Position numbers and translations under genes: made by a program | Shown: one piece after another, positions 1-9,154 of the stretch | Numbering within the stretch: position 1 is the first letter of the stretch | Layout: each line of letters opens with the position of its first letter | Notes under the pieces: model-generated | What the model was told of the DNA's origin: nothing | Database searches by the model: none | Seen by the model: only the letters and a program-made list of their open reading frames with translations | Virus record (IMG/VR): IMGVR_UViG_3300042473_000519 | Source of the DNA: an uncultured virus (IMG/VR IMGVR_UViG_3300042473_000519) | Taxonomy: Duplodnaviria > Heunggongvirae > Uroviricota > Caudoviricetes | Length of the DNA stretch: 64,000 nt | Reading direction: 5' to 3' (one strand)

Positions 1-46
1 CAAGGCAATTGCCACTGTATTTCCAATGGCTGCTGATCTTACTTAA
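1..46 (+). CDS. 3' end of a gene entering from the left (KAIATVFPMAADLT*), possibly the C-terminus of flavin-dependent thymidylate synthase ThyX
   Basis: Frame 2 is open to TAA at 44-46 and converges on the 39..1409 gene. The peptide resembles phage ThyX C-termini as I recall them, but only 14 aa are visible. Confidence 0.3.
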   Translation, partial: KAIATVFPMAADLT

Positions 47-1409
47 AAGTCTCCGGAGGGTGAGTTTCTATGTGGTAATAGAATTCACCCTCTAGCCACG
101 AGTCGTCTTCAATCTTGGCATAGTTGGCAGGATCATTCTTATAAGTTTCTCCAAACCATTTACCTGCACTTGCCCCACCACGTGAATATTCATTGTGGCC
201 TTTATACAATAATTCTTGCATTTTATCAGCATCGACTATATCGCACTTTGATATCTCTGCACTTTCTCGAAATCCACTAATCCAGTACGACATTGAATCA
301 ATACTAGTAGTAGTAGGATCTTTTAAATCTTTAAAAGTCTCAACCGGAGGAAACATTTCAACATGTTGATTAAATTGTATTTCTAACCATTCATAATCGT
401 TGATCTTAGACAATGCTCCTGGATCCTCTTTGTATGTTTTTCCATACCACTGTCCTGCACTCGCACCACCTTTTGCATATTCTCCGAATTCAGAGTTGCC
501 ACCTTGATAAAGCCAGGTGTTCAATCTAACTTGAGATTCTGCCAATTCATCACCACGAATCACACCGCTACTTAATTTTACGCATTCTCTAAATGCACTA
601 CGCCATGTATTAAAAGGGCTTGTGTTAAATTTAGTAATATTTGAAACAGTGGGCATAATTTTAAATTTACTGGAAATACTAGTAGTCATGTCAGTACTGT
701 TAACATCGAGATTTAGTGTCAATTCACGGGGCAATAATTTTACTCCACCATTACCGTATTCTAATCCATTTACAGGGTTTTGACTACGCCACACGTGGAC
801 AATATCATTTTCTTTTTCAGACAACATAGAATTAAATCTAAATTGAGGATTAATAATAGCATCGGCATCAACTACCCAAAACATATTAGTAGTTGCTACT
901 TCGGCGGCGGCGATGTGTGCTTGATGAATTCCCTTGACACCGTCAACTCTATGAATATCGTTATGCTGAACACCAGCATGCCTTATTAATTTTTCGTAAT
1001 TTTCATCTGCATATTCTTCGTTATATGCAATAAACACAATGTCATAATACTTGGTGTGACTTGCTATTGTATTCATTTTTATCATACCTGAAAAGAATCT
1101 ATTTTCTATTTCTTTATCAGTCACTTCTTTATCTTTAGGAAACAATCCTACAGATGGCAAATTGCGGTCAGCACTATTTGGCCAAATATGAACATATTTT
1201 TCTTCGTGTACTGGAGGACGATAATCAAAGTTAAAATTTATGTCCACTACTACATCGGGCCAGATTGCCCAGAATAACTTAGTTGTAGATTTTTTCTGTG
1301 CGTCTCTAAACGACTCAGCAGTCTTTGCAAATGGCCAAGATTGTTTTAGTCTGTTAAAATCCAATTCAGAACTTTTATTATTTCGACTGATAAAAATAAT
1401 ATCGTACAT
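39..1409 (-). CDS. Glycosyltransferase-like (GT-A, DxD) protein with internal duplications
   Basis: YDIVFIAYNE..ADENY..L, VDGVKGIHQAHIAAA, FWVVDADA (DxD), YGNGGVKL. Clear paralog of 1409..2308. Confidence 0.65.
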   Translation of the reverse strand: MYDIIFISRNNKSSELDFNRLKQSWPFAKTAESFRDAQKKSTTKLFWAIWPDVVVDINFNFDYRPPVHEEKYVHIWPNSADRNLPSVGLFPKDKEVTDKEIENRFFSGMIKMNTIASHTKYYDIVFIAYNEEYADENYEKLIRHAGVQHNDIHRVDGVKGIHQAHIAAAEVATTNMFWVVDADAIINPQFRFNSMLSEKENDIVHVWRSQNPVNGLEYGNGGVKLLPRELTLNLDVNSTDMTTSISSKFKIMPTVSNITKFNTSPFNTWRSAFRECVKLSSGVIRGDELAESQVRLNTWLYQGGNSEFGEYAKGGASAGQWYGKTYKEDPGALSKINDYEWLEIQFNQHVEMFPPVETFKDLKDPTTTSIDSMSYWISGFRESAEISKCDIVDADKMQELLYKGHNEYSRGGASAGKWFGETYKNDPANYAKIEDDSWLEGEFYYHIETHPPETFK

Positions 1410-2308
1410 TATCGTTTCCTTATAATTCGGGGTGTATTGTTAAACACAGTTTTAAAAAATTTACTACCGTTTGCATCAACATTACTAAGCTCTAATTTAC
1501 ATTCGTGAATTAAAGTTTCTCCTAAGCCCATGATTTCATAGGGCAACATTTCGTCCGTAATCTTGCTGTATTTTTCTTCCCACTCTTTTGTGAGCCAATC
1601 AAAATCACGGACATTGCTGTAATCCCAATCAGTGCAATTGGTAAGATAAGCACCTTCCCTAGCACCATACATGCTCCATAACCCATTAGTAACATCAGCA
1701 CCAATATTACACCACACCAGCAATCTGTGATAATTTTGCCACCATATTGTTTTAAGATCAGGAACTTTGGCTCCTTGATCCAGTGACATTTTTACACCCT
1801 CACGGAAGCCGGCACGCCATGCTTGGAAAGGAGTGGCATTGGTAAAGCTCTCGCTGTAGTTTTCATTAAACTGATAATACTTGTCATCAAAGCAAAATTC
1901 AACTAATCCTTTTGTATCGTTAGCATCGGAGTTTTCATGTGTTTTCATCTCATTAACAAACTTAGGTGTCCACATTTTAAGTCCACCGTTTCCGTACATG
2001 AGGTCATTAACATGTACTTTGCCACACCAACTGAATACATGGTTAGGCGTTAATCCAAGTTTGTTTATGTCTATTTCAACTTCTAAAAATTTTGGATCAA
2101 CAATATTATCGCCATCTACTGTGACAAAATATTCAGTTTCGCATTTGGCAGCACATGCCTTGTGTGCGGCATCACTGCCTTTGACTCCATGCACACGCTT
2201 GGCCCAGGGTACTTTAGCAACTAGATCTGCATAATGCTTTTCAGCATTGGGCTCATCGTAACTTAGAAATATAATATCCTGATCTATAATTTTTATTGTT
2301 TTGCTCAT
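1409..2308 (-). CDS. Glycosyltransferase-like (GT-A, DxD) protein
   Basis: DIIFLSYDEPNAE, VHGVKGSDAAHKACA, FVTVDGDN (DxD), YGNGGLKMW, AWRAGFREGVKM. Paralog of 39..1409. Confidence 0.65.
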   Translation of the reverse strand: MSKTIKIIDQDIIFLSYDEPNAEKHYADLVAKVPWAKRVHGVKGSDAAHKACAAKCETEYFVTVDGDNIVDPKFLEVEIDINKLGLTPNHVFSWCGKVHVNDLMYGNGGLKMWTPKFVNEMKTHENSDANDTKGLVEFCFDDKYYQFNENYSESFTNATPFQAWRAGFREGVKMSLDQGAKVPDLKTIWWQNYHRLLVWCNIGADVTNGLWSMYGAREGAYLTNCTDWDYSNVRDFDWLTKEWEEKYSKITDEMLPYEIMGLGETLIHECKLELSNVDANGSKFFKTVFNNTPRIIRKR

Positions 2309-2943
2309 TCTTCAGTTTTCTTCCAAATTGTTAATCCGTATGATGAAAATAAGGATTTAGTAGATATTGAAATTTTATCTATTTTTTCTTCTACACTACT
2401 TGTAAAGGGAACGCACACTTTATCCAATACTAAATCTTTTATGTTAATAGTAATTGTTCTAACTAAAAAGTCAAAGTCAGTTTCTAATGTAATGAAAAAA
2501 GTCAATGTCTCCATGGAATACTTATTATCATAATACTGTTGTCTAACTTTATCTGATATTAAGAAAATCCACATGCTTTCGTTTGGACTCCAGTGTACTG
2601 TTAATTCTGTCTTTTTATTGGGCTTGGCAGTAATCCATTCAAACATATTGTTTTTAAAAAACAACTCCTGTTGCATTCTAGGAACAATCTCCAATCCCGA
2701 TTCACTATCAGGATTCTTTGTTCTTGTTACTGCCCAATCTTTAAATTGTTCTACTCCCGTTACAAACTTTTCATATAAAGGATAATCTATCACAATCCCT
2801 TGTTCATATTGACTGTTTTCTTCGTTTGAAATAGCCAATATGTCGCCAGTCTTAATATCAAAATAGCATCTATAAGTTTGTACCGCAGGAGCCATTGCGG
2901 CTGCAATTTCTTCGGGGCTAAGGCAATCTTCAATATCTTCCAT
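2305..2943 (-). CDS. Hypothetical protein within the glycosyltransferase operon
   Basis: 212-aa ORF overlapping both neighbours (ATGA at 2305-2308). No motif recognised. Confidence 0.7.
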   Translation of the reverse strand: MEDIEDCLSPEEIAAAMAPAVQTYRCYFDIKTGDILAISNEENSQYEQGIVIDYPLYEKFVTGVEQFKDWAVTRTKNPDSESGLEIVPRMQQELFFKNNMFEWITAKPNKKTELTVHWSPNESMWIFLISDKVRQQYYDNKYSMETLTFFITLETDFDFLVRTITINIKDLVLDKVCVPFTSSVEEKIDKISISTKSLFSSYGLTIWKKTEE

Positions 2944-3775
2944 CTGCTAATTCCTTTAATCTATCAAGTATGCTGTCTGTTAAGAAATTCTTTTCTACAT
3001 AATGAAATAATGCAGGCTGTTTAATGTTGCCAACAATCAAGTTTCCTTTAGATGTCAATACATAAGGAACAGTATCTTGCCAACTTACTGGCGATATCGG
3101 CCAGGCTTGCAACGGTGTTTTCATATGTATAAAATGCAAAGGAGAATTAGTATCAAACATGTCATCTTGCATACCGGACAGTTCAATTGCAATAGCACTG
3201 GCTAAATCCATACTTAACCAAGGCTGATAATCTACAGGTGCGAATTCAGAATAGGCCCATTCCCAGTTATTACATATAAATTCTAGTGCTTTATAAAAAA
3301 CAAGACTTTCGTCGCATTTCTTAAAGTAATGTAATGCATAATATGGGTTAGATAAATTATTGGAAATAAATGCTTTACGATGCACAGTATCTACAATTGT
3401 TTCCAATTTGTAATTTTTAATAGTAGAGCAAAATCTAATATTAAAATGCTCACAATAATTCCACCAAGAAGAAATGTCATCCAATAACAACATATCTGTA
3501 TCTAAGATAATAGTTTCATCGTAAGGGCTTGCATGATATAATTTCCAGCGATTCTCAACTTTCCATTTTGTATCAGCAGCGTCGTCATTTCCCGGAATTG
3601 GAATAATTTGATCAAATACAGATTTGTATTTTTTTGGAACTTTATCATTGGTTACCAACGATATCATCGATACAGTGGTCTGACTATATTTGATCGACAA
3701 TGCCAATGCATATGCCTGTTTGACGTAGTCAACAGTATCTGTATTTTGTGCGAGTACTAAGAAACCTTTAGACAC
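2930..3775 (-). CDS. Nucleotide-diphospho-sugar transferase (GT8-like fold)
   Basis: DYVKQAYALALSIK, SLVT, SPYDETIILDTDML (DxD), FIHMK. Start moved to GTG 3775 after GGAGG; the ORF track starts at 3790. Confidence 0.7.
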   Translation of the reverse strand: MSKGFLVLAQNTDTVDYVKQAYALALSIKYSQTTVSMISLVTNDKVPKKYKSVFDQIIPIPGNDDAADTKWKVENRWKLYHASPYDETIILDTDMLLLDDISSWWNYCEHFNIRFCSTIKNYKLETIVDTVHRKAFISNNLSNPYYALHYFKKCDESLVFYKALEFICNNWEWAYSEFAPVDYQPWLSMDLASAIAIELSGMQDDMFDTNSPLHFIHMKTPLQAWPISPVSWQDTVPYVLTSKGNLIVGNIKQPALFHYVEKNFLTDSILDRLKELADGRY

Positions 3776-4616
3776 CTGTGCCTCCATCAATAAAACGACT
3801 TAAACTGGCTTTATTCATAACGTGGATATCAATACCACTTGTTTTTGCCGCAGTGTATTCTCCAAGATAATCTTGTTTTTCCACAAGAAATTTTAAAGTA
3901 GTATCATCGAGTGTGACAAGAATATCACGGTCAGTAGAGTAGATCATTTTTCCAGGCAATTCATCCGCAAACGTACCATTGGTTTTGCCGTTCATAATGT
4001 GTATAGCAATGCTAAAAGCAAAATCATTTCTAAACGTGGGAGATTCGATACTGTACAAAGTTCTAAAATAATTCCAATTTAATTTTATGTATTCAATTAA
4101 ATCAAAAAATGTTTTCATAATTGGATTCTTTTCAAATATAAATGTAGTGGCCCAATAAAATGGAATTGAGTACGGATTAATTCTAAGGTATTCTTTATTT
4201 GTACGCCAATTAGAAATATCTAAACTGTCTTTGTATATTTGTAAATTTGCATCGTGTGTTAATGCACCTGCAAGTACTGATGAATTAATTATATAATCAC
4301 TGTCAATTACAAGTGTTCTGTCATACGGAGTTAAATCATATACCTGGCTTCTTGATAGATTTTTCCAATCGAGAATTTTAGAAGATAACGATCCGTCATT
4401 AAATCTGCGTGTATGGAATGCCGCACTATCGGGTATCTCAATTACTTGTTCAAATATATGATCAGGTTGGCTTTCTAATAACCAGCTTTTACTGTCTGTA
4501 ATTACAGATACTGGAATTTTTAAAAATTTATCGATCCGTGTGGCAGCAAACACTGCCATTTTGACATAATCGATTGCAGAATTATTCTGGGCAAATATTA
4601 CTGCTCCGCAGTTCAT
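3768..4616 (-). CDS. Nucleotide-diphospho-sugar transferase (GT8-like fold)
   Basis: DYVKMA, PVSVITD, TPYDRTLVIDSDYII (DxD), FRNDFAFSIA, HVMNK. Paralog of 2930..3775. Confidence 0.7.
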   Translation of the reverse strand: MNCGAVIFAQNNSAIDYVKMAVFAATRIDKFLKIPVSVITDSKSWLLESQPDHIFEQVIEIPDSAAFHTRRFNDGSLSSKILDWKNLSRSQVYDLTPYDRTLVIDSDYIINSSVLAGALTHDANLQIYKDSLDISNWRTNKEYLRINPYSIPFYWATTFIFEKNPIMKTFFDLIEYIKLNWNYFRTLYSIESPTFRNDFAFSIAIHIMNGKTNGTFADELPGKMIYSTDRDILVTLDDTTLKFLVEKQDYLGEYTAAKTSGIDIHVMNKASLSRFIDGGTGV

Positions 4617-4963
4617 AGCTCAATCAAACCCTGTATTCTACGTTGTTTTTTGATTTCTGTATATTTGTTTGAATATGAATTCAACGCAAGAAAATACTGT
4701 TCAGTAACAGCATCAAAAAATTCTTGCACATCTTGAATTTGCACAGGAGAGTTGTTTGAATCAACAAATACAACGTCAGTTGTATGTCCAAGATCCAATA
4801 CAGTCTTGACATAAGTAATCAAATTGCTGTCAATTTTAAATACAGCACCGTTAATATAGTATATTAACTGTTGATTAAATTCTTCTAAAATAATTCTTCG
4901 TTGGTTTGACAATGTAGCCATGTAATTGGCTGTTTCAAACGCTTTTTCAATTCTTTCGTCCAT
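4613..4963 (-). CDS. Hypothetical protein, possibly tail-fibre chaperone-like
   Basis: Likely start MDERIEK at 4963 after GGAG. Overlaps the next gene by ATGA. Function is a guess from position. Confidence 0.6.
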   Translation of the reverse strand: MDERIEKAFETANYMATLSNQRRIILEEFNQQLIYYINGAVFKIDSNLITYVKTVLDLGHTTDVVFVDSNNSPVQIQDVQEFFDAVTEQYFLALNSYSNKYTEIKKQRRIQGLIEL

Positions 4964-4982
4964 AGATAACTCCACAAGTAGT

Positions 4983-5011
4983 ATAATACACTACTTTAAT
5001 TATCTAGTCAA
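4983..5011 (-). promoter_or_regulatory. Sigma70-type promoter for the glycosyltransferase operon
   Basis: Minus strand TTGACT (5011-5006), 17-nt spacer, TATTAT (4988-4983). The spacer contains a late-like GATAATTA. Confidence 0.55.
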
Positions 5012-5022
5012 CGAATTTAGAG

Positions 5023-5916
5023 TTATAAACCTGAAACTACAGCAGTAGGAGGAGTTACCGATACATTCGAACCAGTGGCATAATATTGTTGAGAAATACT
5101 AGTCAATGTACCGTTTGCTGGCTCAAAAGCATATCCGCCCGCACCGGCAGATGTATAAGAAAATGTTGGCGTAAAGATCACTTGTGTAGATCCTGCATTT
5201 CGTCTAGCATACAAATCATATTGATTTGGAGAATATTGGCTATCGGCTGCATCAACAAATTTTGTAAAAATCAACTGATTAGTAGTTGTTAAGTTATACC
5301 ATCCAATATTCTGCGAAGTTCCTGTGCCTGTGTTTGTGGTAGTATTGGCACTCATTGATATAATACCCATGTTAGTCAACAATGTTGCCCAAGATCGATT
5401 AATAAGAAGACTAGTATCGCTTGTGTAATTTGTAAAACTAGCACTGAATTTAAAATTTCCGCCACTGTTAAAATAAAAGCGGGCTGCATCAGCTGATGCA
5501 AATGTAACAGTAACGGTATGACTAATCGTAGAAGCCCACGGACTAGTTCTAGTGGCTGGGACAAAGTTTGCCAAAGTTCCTTGGCTGGCTGGAGGAATAG
5601 TTAATCGATTGCTAGTAGTTGTATCTGCAAACGTATTATACGCAGCACGATCAACTTCTTTAATTGTTGTACTAGTGGTTGGTAATACTAATAAGCCGCC
5701 CTCGTCGTTGCCTGTTTGGTGTTGTCTTGCTTTAAGTAAATCAGTTCTTAAATTATTCCACTGAGCAACTGTAATTTTATTATTTCTAGCAACTTGAGAA
5801 CTCGCTAATGCTTGTCCGTAGCCGTAGTCGGCTGATCCTGTTCCTAAGATATTGCTTATTTTTGATTGTATAGCATTGTAATCTGTTGCTATAATCGATG
5901 TGCCAAAGCCTGCCAT
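5023..5916 (-). CDS. Virion structural protein, fibre/adhesin-like
   Basis: Rich in T/S/G/N, has the motif ITVAQWNNLRTDL, and follows the fibre genes. AAGGA SD and a GATAACTA late-like element (5940-5947) upstream. Confidence 0.6.
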   Translation of the reverse strand: MAGFGTSIIATDYNAIQSKISNILGTGSADYGYGQALASSQVARNNKITVAQWNNLRTDLLKARQHQTGNDEGGLLVLPTTSTTIKEVDRAAYNTFADTTTSNRLTIPPASQGTLANFVPATRTSPWASTISHTVTVTFASADAARFYFNSGGNFKFSASFTNYTSDTSLLINRSWATLLTNMGIISMSANTTTNTGTGTSQNIGWYNLTTTNQLIFTKFVDAADSQYSPNQYDLYARRNAGSTQVIFTPTFSYTSAGAGGYAFEPANGTLTSISQQYYATGSNVSVTPPTAVVSGL

Positions 5917-5948
5917 GAGTTATCCTTTGTATGCAAGTATAGTTATCA

Positions 5949-7445
5949 TTATAAAATAACACATTCTACGAGTTTAACCGATGCGTCATTATTGGTTTCT
6001 AATGCAATTGCAAACACATCAGCAGTATTGCCCATTGCGGCTTGGGCAGTGCCGGCGGCACCAGCTACTAAACGTTGTCCTTTAATAACAGACCCTGTCA
6101 CTTTAACAGGAACACGCCCTTTAAGAGCAACATATGTTCCACCTTCTAGTTCGCTATTCATCATATATGCAGGGTTTGCAGAAACTGCACCCAACGCACG
6201 GAATCCCACTTGGCAAGTTGTAACTTCTTTTTCGCCGCCTACCATTAGAACTGTGCCTATTTCATATTCTGCATCAGCTAGATATTTTTCTGCCAAGTCA
6301 GCATAGTTTGCACTAGTTGCAACACCTTGGAATACTACTGCATTTATATAACCGTTGCTATCTCTAGCAGCAATAGTGTTAATACTAGAGTCTGTACTAG
6401 CAGAACGATAGTTACCATTAACGCTTAATAAGTCAGATTTATCAGCAGTTCCTTTAAATTTATCAGCATGTACGTTATTAAATTTAAAGTCTAAAGATCC
6501 AATATTTGATACTAAAGTTGTGGTAGGTAATATATCCACATAAGTGGTATCAGTACGACCACTAAATTTAATATTTGAAGTAGTTGGAGTTCCAGAAACA
6601 GTTGTTTTAAAAACAATTTCTTTACCTTGTTGATTTTGGATAGTAGGGGTAGTTTCTGAATCGTTAAAAATACGAAGCAATGCTTGCGGGTTACCAACTG
6701 TAAATCCTGCATGTGAAAACTGTACAGGATTACTAAAAGTTGCATTAGTTGTTTGAATAAAAGAGCTGGCAGATAACCCACCTAATCTTTCACTATCAGT
6801 AGCAGTTCCCCAAAATCGGTGGCCAGTTTGTGTTTGCCCTAGATTATTTACTCCATCATCGTTGGTGTAACACAATGTTACGCCTTGATGTATGTTTGCA
6901 AAACCATCTATTTGATTAACAGCATTTAGTGTAAAATCTTCAGTGCTGATTGTAAATATTGTAACATCGTCATTGATAGCTTGGATAACTGCATGAGGAT
7001 TTCCACTTGTGTCTAATAAGCTAACCGAACGCATTTGCGTGACTGTTTGAGAACCGGCTACGCCTTGCGGGCCAATTAATGTAAAATTTGCACCATCCCA
7101 CGCATATAACTGCTTGTTGGTCGTATCAAACCAGAAATCACCAACTGTTAGGCCTGTTGGTGCAGTTGAACTAATTTCAGCGCCGCCGGTTGTGCGGAAT
7201 TTAACACCATCATAAAACTTTAATTTACTAGAACTGCTATCAAACCAGATTTGGCCAGAGATTGCTCGTGGTGGAGGGTTGTTTGATGCAAAATTTTCCA
7301 GCAAAAATACAAAATTTTCATTTTGTACTCCGCCGTAACCGGCATAATTTTTACCAATTAGTTTTAGATCAAGAGTTGCATCGATAGTTCCGTCTGCAAC
7401 CACTGCAACTTGTGCTCCATTTGTTCTAGTTATAGTATATGACAT
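5949..7445 (-). CDS. Tail fibre with C-terminal autocleaving chaperone-like domain
   Basis: N-terminal LIGKNYAGYG..ENF..LLENFA..P..GQIWFD domain shared with the next two genes. C-terminal YADLAEKY..GTV..VSANPAYMMN..ALKGRVPVKV. Confidence 0.7.
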   Translation of the reverse strand: MSYTITRTNGAQVAVVADGTIDATLDLKLIGKNYAGYGGVQNENFVFLLENFASNNPPPRAISGQIWFDSSSSKLKFYDGVKFRTTGGAEISSTAPTGLTVGDFWFDTTNKQLYAWDGANFTLIGPQGVAGSQTVTQMRSVSLLDTSGNPHAVIQAINDDVTIFTISTEDFTLNAVNQIDGFANIHQGVTLCYTNDDGVNNLGQTQTGHRFWGTATDSERLGGLSASSFIQTTNATFSNPVQFSHAGFTVGNPQALLRIFNDSETTPTIQNQQGKEIVFKTTVSGTPTTSNIKFSGRTDTTYVDILPTTTLVSNIGSLDFKFNNVHADKFKGTADKSDLLSVNGNYRSASTDSSINTIAARDSNGYINAVVFQGVATSANYADLAEKYLADAEYEIGTVLMVGGEKEVTTCQVGFRALGAVSANPAYMMNSELEGGTYVALKGRVPVKVTGSVIKGQRLVAGAAGTAQAAMGNTADVFAIALETNNDASVKLVECVIL

Positions 7446-7468
7446 CTCACTCGTTCCTTATTCTACAG

Positions 7469-7476
7469 TATTTATT
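7469..7476 (-). promoter_or_regulatory. T4-type late promoter (AATAAATA)
   Basis: Intergenic match upstream of 7445, with AAGGA SD in between. Confidence 0.6.
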
Positions 7477-7483
7477 CTATTTG

Positions 7484-9154
7484 TTAAGGCAAATTAGTTT
7501 GCCACTGCCATACTCCAGCCAATAACTGGAACTGCCTTATTTCTGTGGTGCCGCCTACTTCAGTAACAACAATGTTTGCTTCTGTATTAAATTCATGATC
7601 TGCTGAATTAAACACATATGACAAGTAATTTGTGGCTATTTGGTCGTTTCTGTAACCCAACGGCACAGTTAAAGATAATGCCAGCGGTGCAGACCTAACT
7701 TTAATATCTACATATGTTTTATTTGCAGCATCTGTGTCAAGAATTGGGTTAGCTAGTGACGATATACGATGGTCGCGTATGTCTACCGTGCCATTGCCTT
7801 TGGGATCCAATATAACATCACCGTCCGCTTGACTCAGATTTGAATAACTAAGAATATTATCCTGGATATTTAAATTGGCAGCTTGTAGGCTAATCAACGC
7901 TCCTATACTGGTCAATCCCGGAGCACTTGCAATATACGTTCCTAAACTGCTGCCTGTCAGTGCATCTTGTCCGTTAATTTTAAACGATTTTCCAACTGCT
8001 AAATCTATATTTTCTGAGCTTGTCCAGCTAGATGTTGCAGATAACCATGCTATTGTTTTATCTACATCTGTACCTGCTGCCAGCGTAATTCCACCGCCGT
8101 TGGCTGTAATGTTAGTTGGCAATGTTGCTTTTCCTAACACTATCATTTTATCTGCTATTTCTAAATTTGTAGTATTAATTGTGGTTGTTGCACCTTCAAC
8201 AATCAAATCTCCACGAATCCTAGCATCTCCGTTAACATCCAATGAAGCCGTTGGCAAGTTAGTGTATATGCCAGTTCGTTTGGTAGTCGCATTGATAAAA
8301 AATGCAGTATCAAGTCCTGTTCCACTAAGCAAATTAATACCATAGTTCTGATTGGTAGTATTTGATTTAACTTGGAAAATTGATGTAGTAGCATTGAATT
8401 CAGTACTAGAACCTTCGCCTAACACCAATGGAATTGCATTTTGAATAGTAATAGTACCCGTCGTTGCTGAACTATCTGTTGTTGAAAGGAAGTTTGCGGC
8501 AGTTTTACGAGTAACGCCGTCAGCTGATAACAAATAGTCTGCTTGTGTAACAGGACTGTGAAGTTTGATTCCTGAATATGTACCTGCATTAAATCCGGTG
8601 TACACGTCTCCTGCATAGCCTGCAATAGTGCTTGCAGGCGTAAATGTATCTTTACTCCAAATACCAATAGGAGTTCCAGCTACACTGAGTCGCAAAACCG
8701 TATGGCTAACACCAACTGAGTCAACAATATCTTCTGTATAAAATCCAGTAGTGCCTTGTGTTGCGGTCCATAGTGGACCAGCAAGTTTAGTCGATGTGCC
8801 ATCATTAAAATAAAGTTGCTGGCGGGTACTGTCAATCCATATATCACCTGCTGAAATACTACTGGGCACAGTGGGAGAAACAATTGTGCCGCCGCTAACT
8901 TTAAAAACAGATCCGTCGTACACTTTTAATCTGTTTTCGCTGGTATCAAACCATAATTGTCCAGTAATTGGATGATTAGGTTGAGCAGTATTAGCAAAAT
9001 TTTCTAATAACCAGACAAAATTATCATTTATATATGTGCCGTAGCCGCTGGAATTTTTTCCGATTAATGTAATATCTGTTACAGTTTGATCTATGGCACC
9101 ATCCACTAACTGTGTTAGTGTTGTTCCATCTGTTTTAATTATAGTATAACTCAT
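7484..9154 (-). CDS. Tail fibre protein
   Basis: Same N-terminal domain (LIGKNSSGYG..LLENFA..GQLWFD), plus fibre motifs LDVNGDARIRGDLIVEG and DAANKTYVD. Confidence 0.7.
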   Translation of the reverse strand: MSYTIIKTDGTTLTQLVDGAIDQTVTDITLIGKNSSGYGTYINDNFVWLLENFANTAQPNHPITGQLWFDTSENRLKVYDGSVFKVSGGTIVSPTVPSSISAGDIWIDSTRQQLYFNDGTSTKLAGPLWTATQGTTGFYTEDIVDSVGVSHTVLRLSVAGTPIGIWSKDTFTPASTIAGYAGDVYTGFNAGTYSGIKLHSPVTQADYLLSADGVTRKTAANFLSTTDSSATTGTITIQNAIPLVLGEGSSTEFNATTSIFQVKSNTTNQNYGINLLSGTGLDTAFFINATTKRTGIYTNLPTASLDVNGDARIRGDLIVEGATTTINTTNLEIADKMIVLGKATLPTNITANGGGITLAAGTDVDKTIAWLSATSSWTSSENIDLAVGKSFKINGQDALTGSSLGTYIASAPGLTSIGALISLQAANLNIQDNILSYSNLSQADGDVILDPKGNGTVDIRDHRISSLANPILDTDAANKTYVDIKVRSAPLALSLTVPLGYRNDQIATNYLSYVFNSADHEFNTEANIVVTEVGGTTEIRQFQLLAGVWQWQTNLP

